Below, in pieces: positions 7,266 to 14,600 of a stretch of 43,362 bases of DNA (the first letter of the stretch is position 1; every line of letters starts with the position of its first letter). The stretch covers positions 1-43,362 of the forward strand of contig JBGPYQ010000002.1 of the NCBI GenBank assembly GCA_041493345.1, written 5' to 3'. Position numbers and translations under genes: made by a program. Below the pieces are notes generated by a model, which was not told where the DNA came from, ran no database searches, and saw only the letters and a list, made by a program, of their open reading frames with translations. This DNA is from Gammaproteobacteria bacterium. GTDB taxonomy: Bacteria; Pseudomonadota; Gammaproteobacteria; Burkholderiales; SG8-39.

Positions 7266-8272
7266 ACCGGATCGCCGCCCGTCTTGCAGCGCTCGCCGCC
7301 CCGTTGATCGCGTCAGCCGCTCTGGCCCAGGCCCCTTCGACAGGCTCAGAGCCTGCCCTGAGCCTGTCGAAGGGACAGGCGTATCCGGTCAAGGCGGTCC
7401 GCGTCATCGTGCCCTGGCCCGCGGGCGGCACTGTCGACGGCGTCGCCCGGGTCATCGGTCCAAGCCTCGCGGCCGGACTCGGCCGCCCGGTGGTCGTGGA
7501 GAACAAGGCGGGAGCGGGCGGCTCGATCGGTGAGGCGGAAGCCGCGAAAGCGCCCGCGGACGGCCACACGCTCCTTCTGGTGTTCGACACGCACGCCGTA
7601 AACCATCTCTTGTACAAAAACCTCGGTTACGATCCCTTTCAGTCCTTCGAGCACATCAGCCTGCTCGTGACGTCGCCGCAGGTGCTCGTCGGCGCGACCC
7701 ACTTCGCGCCGTCCACGATCACGGAGCTGGTGGAATTTGCGAAGGCCAACCCGGGAATAGTGACGTACGCCACGGTGGGCGCCGGCAGCTCGAACCATCT
7801 GAACGCCCTGCTGCTCGCGAACCGCACCGGCATCGACATGGTGCACGTGCCCTACAAAGGCGGCGCGCCGATGATGATCGACCTGGTCGGCGGCCAGGTG
7901 AACGTCATGTTCGTATCCGCGCCGCAGGCCATTCCGCAGGTCAAGGGCGGCCGCATCAAGGCGCTCGCGGTCGGAGCCGCGCGCCGCATCCCTCAGCTTC
8001 CCGATACGCCGACCGTCGCCGAAACACTTCCCGGGTTCGCGGCGCAATCCTGGGTGGGGATGCTCGTCCCCGCGGGCACGCCGAAGGAGATCGTCGCGCG
8101 GCTGCACGGCGAGGCCACCCAAGCGCTCGCCGGTCCGGAGGTGCGCGGGAAGCTGGCCGGCCAGGGCTTCGACGTCGTGGGGAGCACGCCCGGGGAGTTT
8201 CTCGCTTTCGTGCGCGCGGAGTCGGGCAAATGGGCGAAGGTGATCCGCGACTACCAGATCCGGGTGGAGTAA
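7262..8272 (+). CDS. Bug/TctC-family substrate-binding protein
   Basis: ATG 7262 overlaps the upstream stop (ATGA). The product starts MNRIAARLAALAAPLIASAALAQA.., followed by YPVKAVRVIVPWPAGG.., ..ATVGAGSSNHL.. and ..VPYKGGAP... The track ORF 6485..8272 is an out-of-frame extension into the upstream gene. Confidence 0.92.
   Translation: MNRIAARLAALAAPLIASAALAQAPSTGSEPALSLSKGQAYPVKAVRVIVPWPAGGTVDGVARVIGPSLAAGLGRPVVVENKAGAGGSIGEAEAAKAPADGHTLLLVFDTHAVNHLLYKNLGYDPFQSFEHISLLVTSPQVLVGATHFAPSTITELVEFAKANPGIVTYATVGAGSSNHLNALLLANRTGIDMVHVPYKGGAPMMIDLVGGQVNVMFVSAPQAIPQVKGGRIKALAVGAARRIPQLPDTPTVAETLPGFAAQSWVGMLVPAGTPKEIVARLHGEATQALAGPEVRGKLAGQGFDVVGSTPGEFLAFVRAESGKWAKVIRDYQIRVE
7331..7381 (+). repeat. 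In-frame complete palindromic element (51 nt, perfect 17-bp stem) at the signal-peptide/mature junction
   Basis: cccttcgacaggctcag (7333-7349) and ctgagcctgtcgaaggg (7358-7374) are exact reverse complements around an 8-nt loop. The element encodes APSTGSEPALSLSKGQA between AQ and YPVK. Confidence 0.8.
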
Positions 8273-8383
8273 GGACGCGTGCGCGCCGGGTTTGATAGAG
8301 GCAAGGAAACTGCGCGGGGGATACGGGAGGTCAAGCTGATCGCGTAGGGCGATCTTTCCGCAGTCCGGCGCCTCTGCTCTACA

Positions 8384-8412
8384 TTGACGTCTGGACGTCT
8401 ATTAGATATCAT
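8384..8412 (+). promoter_or_regulatory. Candidate sigma70 promoter of the methyltransferase gene, overlapped by two GACGTC palindromes
   Basis: TTGACG (8384-8389), an exact 17-nt spacer, then TATCAT (8407-8412), about 30 nt upstream of the GTG at 8443. The -35/spacer region reads tGACGTCtgGACGTCt. Confidence 0.4.
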
Positions 8413-8442
8413 TCGCGTGTCGATTTCATTTGCAGCGGCTAC

Positions 8443-9564
8443 GTGAGAAGACGCCCAGGGGAAGTAAGGGACGCGATCGTGAAGGTGCTTGGGGCGCGCC
8501 CTCGTGGAGCTACGGTCGGAGAGATAACGGATCAAGTCACAGCGATGATCGGCGCTGTTCCTGCCTCGTCTGTCCGGTCTTATCTGCAACTCAACACGCC
8601 TACGCTGTTCGCGCGCACGGACCGCGCTCAGTACGTGTTGAATGGCTTTTCGTATCAGCCCGCGAAGGCTGTCAGGAAGTCCGACCCGCGCTCTTTTGCG
8701 TTTGGCAAGGCTACTCTCATTCAGGAGGAATGCCTGGCTTGGCTCGAAAGGCAGCCAACGAACTCGGTACACGCGGTCGTGACTGATCCGCCTTACGGAT
8801 TGGTTGAATACTCCGAGATTGAGCAACGGAAGCTCAGGGCTGGTAGGGGCGGAATTTGGAGAATTCCGCCGTCTTTTGACGGATCAAAGCGATCGCCTCT
8901 GCCTCGATTCACGGTACTTAAACAGACTGATCTTGATGCGCTTGAGCAATTCTTCACTGCTTGGGCTGCACGCTTGCTCCCTGTTCTCGTGCCCGGCGCA
9001 AACGTTATCGTTGCGAGCAATCCCCTGCTTTCCCACATTGTTTCGAATGCGCTGTCTCGATCCGGTTTGGAGCGCAGAGGAGAGATTGTCAGGCTGGTGA
9101 TGACAATGCGTGGTGGCGATCGTCCCAAGCATGCGCACGTCGAATTTTCCGATGTCAGCGTAATGCCGCGTTCCATGTGGGAACCGTGGCTGGTTTTTCG
9201 CAAGCCGCTCGACGGGCGGGTGCAGGACAATCTTCGGAAGTGGGGCACCGGCGGGTTCCAGAGGATTTCAGCCAGCCGGCCATTTGGCGACGTGATCGAA
9301 TCTTCGCCAACGCGGCCCTCGGAGCGCGCACTGGCGCCTCACCCGAGCTTGAAACCTCAATTCTTCCTGCGACAACTGGTGCGGGGAGTACTGCCGCTCG
9401 GAAAAGGAGTTGTGCTTGATCCGTTTGCAGGTTCGGGTTCGACTTTGGCTGCGTGCGAGGTGATCGGGTATGAAAGCGTGGGTCTGGAAAAGGATGCTGA
9501 TTACTTCAATATCGCAGTTAGCGCGATTCCGAAACTTGCGAAGCTCTCGATGAACGGAGGTTAG
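8443..9564 (+). CDS. Site-specific DNA methyltransferase, beta-class (N6-adenine or N4-cytosine), with N-terminal winged-HTH (HARE-HTH-like) domain
   Basis: Motif IV VVTDPPYG precedes ..HPSLKPQFFLRQLV.. and motif I ..LDPFAGSGSTLAA.. near the C-terminus (beta permutation). The first ~70 aa (VRDAIVKVLGARPRGATVGEITDQV....VRSYLQLNTPTLFARTDRAQYVL) look like a HARE-HTH/wHTH domain. The start is GTG, and its exact position is uncertain. Confidence 0.85.
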   Translation: MRRRPGEVRDAIVKVLGARPRGATVGEITDQVTAMIGAVPASSVRSYLQLNTPTLFARTDRAQYVLNGFSYQPAKAVRKSDPRSFAFGKATLIQEECLAWLERQPTNSVHAVVTDPPYGLVEYSEIEQRKLRAGRGGIWRIPPSFDGSKRSPLPRFTVLKQTDLDALEQFFTAWAARLLPVLVPGANVIVASNPLLSHIVSNALSRSGLERRGEIVRLVMTMRGGDRPKHAHVEFSDVSVMPRSMWEPWLVFRKPLDGRVQDNLRKWGTGGFQRISASRPFGDVIESSPTRPSERALAPHPSLKPQFFLRQLVRGVLPLGKGVVLDPFAGSGSTLAACEVIGYESVGLEKDADYFNIAVSAIPKLAKLSMNGG

Positions 9565-10163
9565 ATTTTGTAAACCCAGTTCTCCCGGAGCTTGGCGATG
9601 CCTTTTGCGTGGAGAGTTGCGGTCTTTGTGCCAAGTTCTCCCCGAAGGTTCTTTCGAAAGTCCGATAGCACGACTTGGCCTAAGTAGATCTCCGTAAACT
9701 GGAGTGGGGTACGGGCTGTTGCTGGCTCAGCTGCGTTGTCGACCTCATAGACAAATACGCACATCCATTGGTTGCGGGCGCCGTGAGTATCAACTGCGCC
9801 GCCGGCCTTGCGCGTCGTCTTGATCTCGATGCCGTGCTCTCCCGCCTTCACGCTGTTGTTAGCGTACTTCCCCTTGACGACCAGGTCGGGATGGCCGTTA
9901 AAGTACAAATTCTCCACCAGAGTTCTGGAATGTTTGGCGAGGCTCGCGGTGAGCATGTCAGACAGCACCCCGGACATGATTGCGGGTCGAAGCATGTCAT
10001 CAAGCCGGTCGAGACCCTTCTCGACGAGATGGGAATTTACGTCGAAAAAGAAATCATAGACATCCTGCATAGCCGATTTGAAATCTTCGAGCCGAAGCTC
10101 GTACGGCAGTTTGGCGGCTTGATTAAGTCCGCTCGTCACGACTTGATTGCGAGTTACTGTCAT
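9561..10163 (-). CDS. Putative type II restriction endonuclease (PD-(D/E)xK fold)
   Basis: It is convergent with the methyltransferase, and the stops overlap (TTAG at 9561-9564). It carries ..GHPDLVVKGKYANNSVKAGEHGIEIKTTRK.. (PD ...20 aa... ExK). I chose ATG 10163 (MTVTRNQVV). It sits in the same lower-G+C patch as the methyltransferase. Confidence 0.55.
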   Translation of the reverse strand: MTVTRNQVVTSGLNQAAKLPYELRLEDFKSAMQDVYDFFFDVNSHLVEKGLDRLDDMLRPAIMSGVLSDMLTASLAKHSRTLVENLYFNGHPDLVVKGKYANNSVKAGEHGIEIKTTRKAGGAVDTHGARNQWMCVFVYEVDNAAEPATARTPLQFTEIYLGQVVLSDFRKNLRGELGTKTATLHAKGIAKLRENWVYKI

Positions 10164-10197
10164 GGATGGCTCGCTTGAATGGATGGCTCGCTTGATT
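10164..10197. repeat. 17-bp tandem duplication abutting the endonuclease start codon
   Basis: ggatggctcgcttgaat (10164-10180) is followed by ggatggctcgcttgatt (10181-10197). On the coding strand this is tcaagcgagccatccat twice, with the second copy running into the ATG. Confidence 0.75.
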
Positions 10198-10273
10198 GCA
10201 GGAGAGGCGTCCGTCCCCTGATGTAACGCGCTATTGTATGCTTCCGCGCGCAGGCCAAGAAAGAGAGGCAAGG

Positions 10274-11434
10274 ATGTCCTCAGGCAGCACCTGGATTGAT
10301 CATTTTCCCGGCAATTTCATGTGGTCGAACGCGACTCTGGTCTGCAAGGGCATGGCGCCCTATGGCGCGGTCGCGATCGGGGAGATCGACCGCATCGGGG
10401 AGCGGCTGGCTGCGCGCGGGATGGACGACGCCGACGCGTGGTGGCAGGAGTGGTGCGCGATGGCGGAGCGGAACGAGAAGCTCGCCGACGCCGCCGCGGT
10501 CGATGGCCGCGACTTCACCGCCGGGGACCATTACCTGCGCGCGGGCAATTACTACTACACCGGCGAGCGCTTCGTTCCGCCGGGCGAGCGCAAGCTCGGC
10601 ATCTACAAGAAGGCGCTGCGCTGCTATCAGGAGGGGCTGAAGCGCCGGCACGGGAACATCGAGTTCGTCGAGGTGCCCTACGAAGGCAAGACGCTGCCGG
10701 CGTACTTCATGAAGGCTCAAGACGCGAAGGGTCGCGCACCGACGGTGGTGCTGTTCGACGGCATGGACAACTGCAAGGAAATGAGCGTGCTCTTCGCCGG
10801 GCTCGAATTCGCCCGGCGCGGGATGAACACGCTCGCGATCGACGGGCCGGGACAGGGCGAGGCGCTGCGCCTTCGCAAGATCTACGCGCGCCACGACTAC
10901 GAAGTGCCGGGCACGGCGGCGTACGAATACGTGGCGAAACGGCCCGATGTGGATCCAAAGAAAGTGGTGATCATGGGCTACAGCTTCGGCGGTTATTACG
11001 CGCCGCGCATCGCCGCGTTCGAAAAACGCTACGCCGCCTGCGTGTGCCTCGGCGCCCTGCACTGGGACCTGCACGCGTGGCAGCGGCAAATCAAGGAGCA
11101 GCTCAAGGCCGACCCGAAGAAAAGCGCGCAGTCGAATTTCCAATTCCAGTGGATACTGGGCTTGAACGACTCGGACGCCGCGCTCGAGCGCGCGAAGCAG
11201 TTCTCGCTCGCCGGCGTCGCGGATAAAATCACCTGCCCGGTGCTGATCACGCACGGGGCGAACGACCGCGTCGTTCCGGTAGACGCGGCGCACAAGCTCT
11301 ACGCCGCGCTCACGACAAAGAAGAAGACGCTCAAGATCTTCACCGCCGAAGAGGGCGGGGCCGAGCACTGCCACGTGGACAACCGGCCGCTGGGGATCGG
11401 CTATATTGCGGACTGGATTGCGGCGAACATCTAA
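10274..11434 (+). CDS. Alpha/beta hydrolase (FrsA/DUF1100 / 2,6-dihydropseudooxynicotine-hydrolase-like)
   Basis: The product starts MSSGSTWIDHFPGNF and has the nucleophile elbow GYSFGGY and a C-terminal ..ITHGANDRVVP..GGAEHCH.. segment. The overall layout resembles DHPON-hydrolase-type C-C hydrolases. ATG 10274 has an AGAGAGG SD. Confidence 0.8.
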   Translation: MSSGSTWIDHFPGNFMWSNATLVCKGMAPYGAVAIGEIDRIGERLAARGMDDADAWWQEWCAMAERNEKLADAAAVDGRDFTAGDHYLRAGNYYYTGERFVPPGERKLGIYKKALRCYQEGLKRRHGNIEFVEVPYEGKTLPAYFMKAQDAKGRAPTVVLFDGMDNCKEMSVLFAGLEFARRGMNTLAIDGPGQGEALRLRKIYARHDYEVPGTAAYEYVAKRPDVDPKKVVIMGYSFGGYYAPRIAAFEKRYAACVCLGALHWDLHAWQRQIKEQLKADPKKSAQSNFQFQWILGLNDSDAALERAKQFSLAGVADKITCPVLITHGANDRVVPVDAAHKLYAALTTKKKTLKIFTAEEGGAEHCHVDNRPLGIGYIADWIAANI

Positions 11435-11435
11435 G

Positions 11436-11538
11436 ATGTCATCCTGAGCCCTACGCATTCGCTCAGGGTAAACTCTGCGAAGGATCTCTTCCGGCACGGC
11501 GTGGGTTAGGAGATCCCTCGCTTCGCTCGGGATGACAT
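11436..11538. repeat. 103-bp palindromic extragenic element (gtcatcc(t/c)gagc ... gctcgggatgac type)
   Basis: atgtcatcctgagc (11436-11449) pairs with gctcgggatgacat (11525-11538). Internally, gcgaaggatctc pairs with gagatccctcgc. It fills the gap between the hydrolase stop and the next Bug gene. Confidence 0.7.
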
Positions 11539-11550
11539 ACGAGGGGTTAT

Positions 11551-12513
11551 ATGAACCGTGCACGGATTCTTTGTCTCGCGCTGCTGTTCGGTGCAGCAGG
11601 CAGCGCCTTTGCGCAGTATCCCGCCAAGCCTATCCGCCTCGTCGTGCCGTTTCCCGCCGGCGAATCCGTGGACGCCACCGCGCGGCTGGTGAGCCAATCC
11701 TGGTCGGCGGCGCTCGGCCAGCAGATCGTGGTGGACAACCGCGGCGGCGCGGGCGGAACCATCGGCAGCGAGGCGGTCGCAAGATCGAATCCCGATGGCT
11801 ACACGCTCCTGTGGGGCAACGTCGGGCCGCTCGCGATCGGGCCGGGGCTCTACAAGAAGCTCGGCTACGACGTGGCGAAGGATTTCGAGCCGGTGTCGCT
11901 CGTCGCGACTTTGCCCTTCGTGCTGTTCGCGAGCCCGGTGCTGCCGGCGAATTCGGTGACCGAGCTCGTCGCCTACGCCAAGGCGCATCCCGGCGAAATC
12001 AATTTCGGCTCGACCGGCGTCGGCTCGGGCCTGCATCTCATTGCCGAACTCTTCAAGAGCGTCGCCGGCATCCAGATCGTGCACGTGCCCTACAAGGGCG
12101 TGGCACAGGCGCTGCCCGAGATGATGTCGGGCAAGGTGCAGATTGCCTTTAATACGATTCCCGCCTTCCTGCCGCACGTGAAAGCCGGGCGCCTGAAGGC
12201 GCTCGCGATCACGGCAGCATCGCGCTCGCCGCTTTTGCCCGATGTGCCCGCTATGCCGGAAGTGGGCCTCGCCGCCGTGCAGGGCGGGTCCTGGCACGCC
12301 GTGGTCGCGCCCGCCGGCACGCCGCGCGATATTCTCGCGCGGCTGAACCAGACGCTGGTGGCGACGATAGCCGCGCCCGAACTGCGCACGCAACTCACGA
12401 ACCAGGGCGCGCAGCCGGTGGGAAGCTCTCCGGAAGAGCTGGGAAAATTCATGCAGGCCGAAGCGGAAAAATGGGGACGCGTCATCCAGTCCTCCGGCGC
12501 GCGCGCCGATTGA
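11551..12513 (+). CDS. Bug/TctC-family substrate-binding protein
   Basis: 320 aa: signal peptide ..AFAQ then YPAKPIRLVVPFPAGE.., ..GSTGVGSGLHL.., ..VPYKGVAQA... Confidence 0.93.
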   Translation: MNRARILCLALLFGAAGSAFAQYPAKPIRLVVPFPAGESVDATARLVSQSWSAALGQQIVVDNRGGAGGTIGSEAVARSNPDGYTLLWGNVGPLAIGPGLYKKLGYDVAKDFEPVSLVATLPFVLFASPVLPANSVTELVAYAKAHPGEINFGSTGVGSGLHLIAELFKSVAGIQIVHVPYKGVAQALPEMMSGKVQIAFNTIPAFLPHVKAGRLKALAITAASRSPLLPDVPAMPEVGLAAVQGGSWHAVVAPAGTPRDILARLNQTLVATIAAPELRTQLTNQGAQPVGSSPEELGKFMQAEAEKWGRVIQSSGARAD

Positions 12514-12538
12514 GAACCAGTGCAATGGGAGAAGGACC

Positions 12539-13510
12539 ATGGACTTATATGAAGGCAATCGTTTTTGCAACATCGTGGCGGCGGTCGCCGTTCTCGCCGC
12601 GATGACCGGTGGGGTGTCCGCGCAGGAAAAAACCGTTGTGATGCTCGGCACGGCGACGCCGGGCGGCGGCTTCCAGATCTATGGCGCCGCGTACGCGGCC
12701 GCGCTCGGCGAGGCGGATGCGACGCTGGTGATCGAGCAGCGCAGCACCAAAGGCAGCACCGAGAACGTGCCGCTGCTCGCGGAAGGCAAGATCGACGTCG
12801 GCCTTGCCACCGGAGAAGTCACCTACGAGGCGCTCGCGGGCATCGGTCGTGCGCCTGTGAACCTGAAAATCATCAACGCGATGTATCCGAACTCCGGCAT
12901 GTTCATCGTGCGCGGCGACAGCCCGTATCGCACGCTCGCCGACCTGAAGGGCAGGCCGATCGCCTGGGGCGCGAGCGGTTCGGGCTTCGTGGTGCTTGCG
13001 CGCTACGTGTTTGACGGCCTGGGCATGGACATCAACAAGGATTTCACGCCGATCTTTCTCGAGCACGCCGGAGACGGCTCGAAGATGGTGCTCGACGGCC
13101 GCGCGGCGGCGCTGTGGGGCGGCGGGGTGGGCTGGCCGGGATTCGTCGAGATATCGAAAGCGCCGTCAGGCGCGCGCTTCATCACGCCCGACGCCGACGG
13201 CATGAAGCGCATCCTCGCGAAATATCCGTTCATCAAGCCGATCACGCTGCCTGCGGGCAGCTATCCCGGCCAGAATGCGCCGGTCGCGGCGCTCGGCTCG
13301 TGGTCGCTCGTGCTCGCGCGGCCGGGGCTGCCCGACGAAGTCGCCTATAAACTGGCACGCGCGCTTCACAAGGCCGAAGCGGCGCTCGGCGCGAAGCTCG
13401 CGCAGGCGAAGGAATCGACGCTCGCCAACACGCTCGCCGCCGCGCCGCGCCAGGATCTGATCCATCCGGGCGTGCTGCGCTACATGCGCGAAGCCGGCAT
13501 ATTGCGCTGA
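12539..13510 (+). CDS. TAXI-family TRAP-type solute-binding protein
   Basis: 323 aa: signal peptide, then ..VVMLGTATPGGGFQIYGAAYA.., ..STENVPLLAEGKIDVGLATGE.. and ..LPAGSYPGQ.., typical of TAXI (immunogenic-protein-type) receptors. Confidence 0.85.
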   Translation: MDLYEGNRFCNIVAAVAVLAAMTGGVSAQEKTVVMLGTATPGGGFQIYGAAYAAALGEADATLVIEQRSTKGSTENVPLLAEGKIDVGLATGEVTYEALAGIGRAPVNLKIINAMYPNSGMFIVRGDSPYRTLADLKGRPIAWGASGSGFVVLARYVFDGLGMDINKDFTPIFLEHAGDGSKMVLDGRAAALWGGGVGWPGFVEISKAPSGARFITPDADGMKRILAKYPFIKPITLPAGSYPGQNAPVAALGSWSLVLARPGLPDEVAYKLARALHKAEAALGAKLAQAKESTLANTLAAAPRQDLIHPGVLRYMREAGILR

Positions 13511-13524
13511 CAAGTGAAGAAACC

Positions 13525-14502
13525 ATGAGAAAAATATTCAAGCTCGCGTCGGCCGCGGCGCTCGCCGCGTTTTCGTTCGCTTCGGCAAACATTGTCTTTG
13601 CCCAGGACTATCCGGTAAGGCCGGTAAAAATCATCATCCCGCTCACGCCGGGCTCGGGCGCCGACATCGCCGGGCGCATCGTGGCGAAGCACATGGGCGA
13701 CGCCTTCAAGCAGCCGGTGATCGTGGAGAACCGCCCCGGGGCCGGCGGCCAGATCGGCACGCAGGCGGTGGTAAACGCCGAGGCCGACGGCTACACGCTG
13801 CTGGTGCAATCGGCCTCGCACGCCGCCAACTCCGCGATCTACAAGAGCCTTGCGTACGATCCGTTGAAGGATCTCGTGGATGTCGCGATACTCGGCGTCA
13901 CCCCCTACGTCATGGTGACGGCGAAGGGCGGCGCCTATCCGTCGCTCAAGGCGCTGATCGACGCCGCCAAGGCGAAGCCCGGCGCCATTCCTTTCGCCTC
14001 GGCGGGCGTCGGCAGCTCCACGCACCTCGCGGCGGAATATTTTGCGCAGGTCGCGGGCGTGAAGATGCTGCACATTCCGTACAAGGGTTCTCCCGAGGCG
14101 ATCCAGGACTCGATGGCCGGGCGCACGGCGTTCTACATGGCGCCGATCAATACCGCGGTCGGCCAGCTCAAGGAAGGCAGGCTCGCCGCGCTCGGCGTCT
14201 CCACCGCGAAGCGGGCGGAGGTGCTGCCCGAGGTGCCCTCGATCGCCGAGCAGGGCCTCGCAAATTTCGACATCTCGCTCTGGTTCGGCATGTGGACGCG
14301 CACGGGGACGCCGCAAGCGGTCGTGCGCAAGCTCAACGCCCAGGTGAACGCGATCGTTCAAGGGCCCGAGGTGCGCGAGCAGTTCGACAAGCTCGGCATT
14401 ACGCCCGCGCCCATGCAGCCCGAGGCCTTTGCGAAATTCGTTCGCGAGCAGATCGTCATCTATCAGCGCATCGTCAGGGAGGCCGATATCCAGCCGCAGT
14501 GA
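13525..14502 (+). CDS. Bug/TctC-family substrate-binding protein
   Basis: 325 aa: ..VFAQDYPVRPVKIIIPLTPGSGAD.., ..ASAGVGSSTHL.., ..IPYKGSPEA... Confidence 0.93.
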   Translation: MRKIFKLASAAALAAFSFASANIVFAQDYPVRPVKIIIPLTPGSGADIAGRIVAKHMGDAFKQPVIVENRPGAGGQIGTQAVVNAEADGYTLLVQSASHAANSAIYKSLAYDPLKDLVDVAILGVTPYVMVTAKGGAYPSLKALIDAAKAKPGAIPFASAGVGSSTHLAAEYFAQVAGVKMLHIPYKGSPEAIQDSMAGRTAFYMAPINTAVGQLKEGRLAALGVSTAKRAEVLPEVPSIAEQGLANFDISLWFGMWTRTGTPQAVVRKLNAQVNAIVQGPEVREQFDKLGITPAPMQPEAFAKFVREQIVIYQRIVREADIQPQ

Positions 14503-14600
14503 CGGCGGCCACGGCATTCCCTCCAATTTCCGGGGCGCGACGTGAATATTCGCGCGGAGCCGGTTTCATTCAGGCGCGCCGGTTCACCGAAGGAGGAGCG

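Noticed and set aside
8251-8826. 191-aa minus-strand ORF in the R-M island, considered as a possible controller or third R-M component
   Set aside because: It overlaps the methyltransferase promoter and 5' coding region antisense, has no HTH or other motif, and is Arg/Ser-rich.
10280-11563. 427-aa minus-strand ORF. The other long antisense or out-of-frame ORFs are the same kind of case: 201-1403, 1072-2151, 3388-4101, 4089-5036, 5116-6066, 5976-6938, 13480-14526, 19693-20451, 23256-24221, 25086-26162 and 39375-40529
   Set aside because: All overlap genes that have strong family signatures on the other strand or frame. All show the Arg/Pro/Gly-rich composition expected of non-coding frames in high-G+C DNA.
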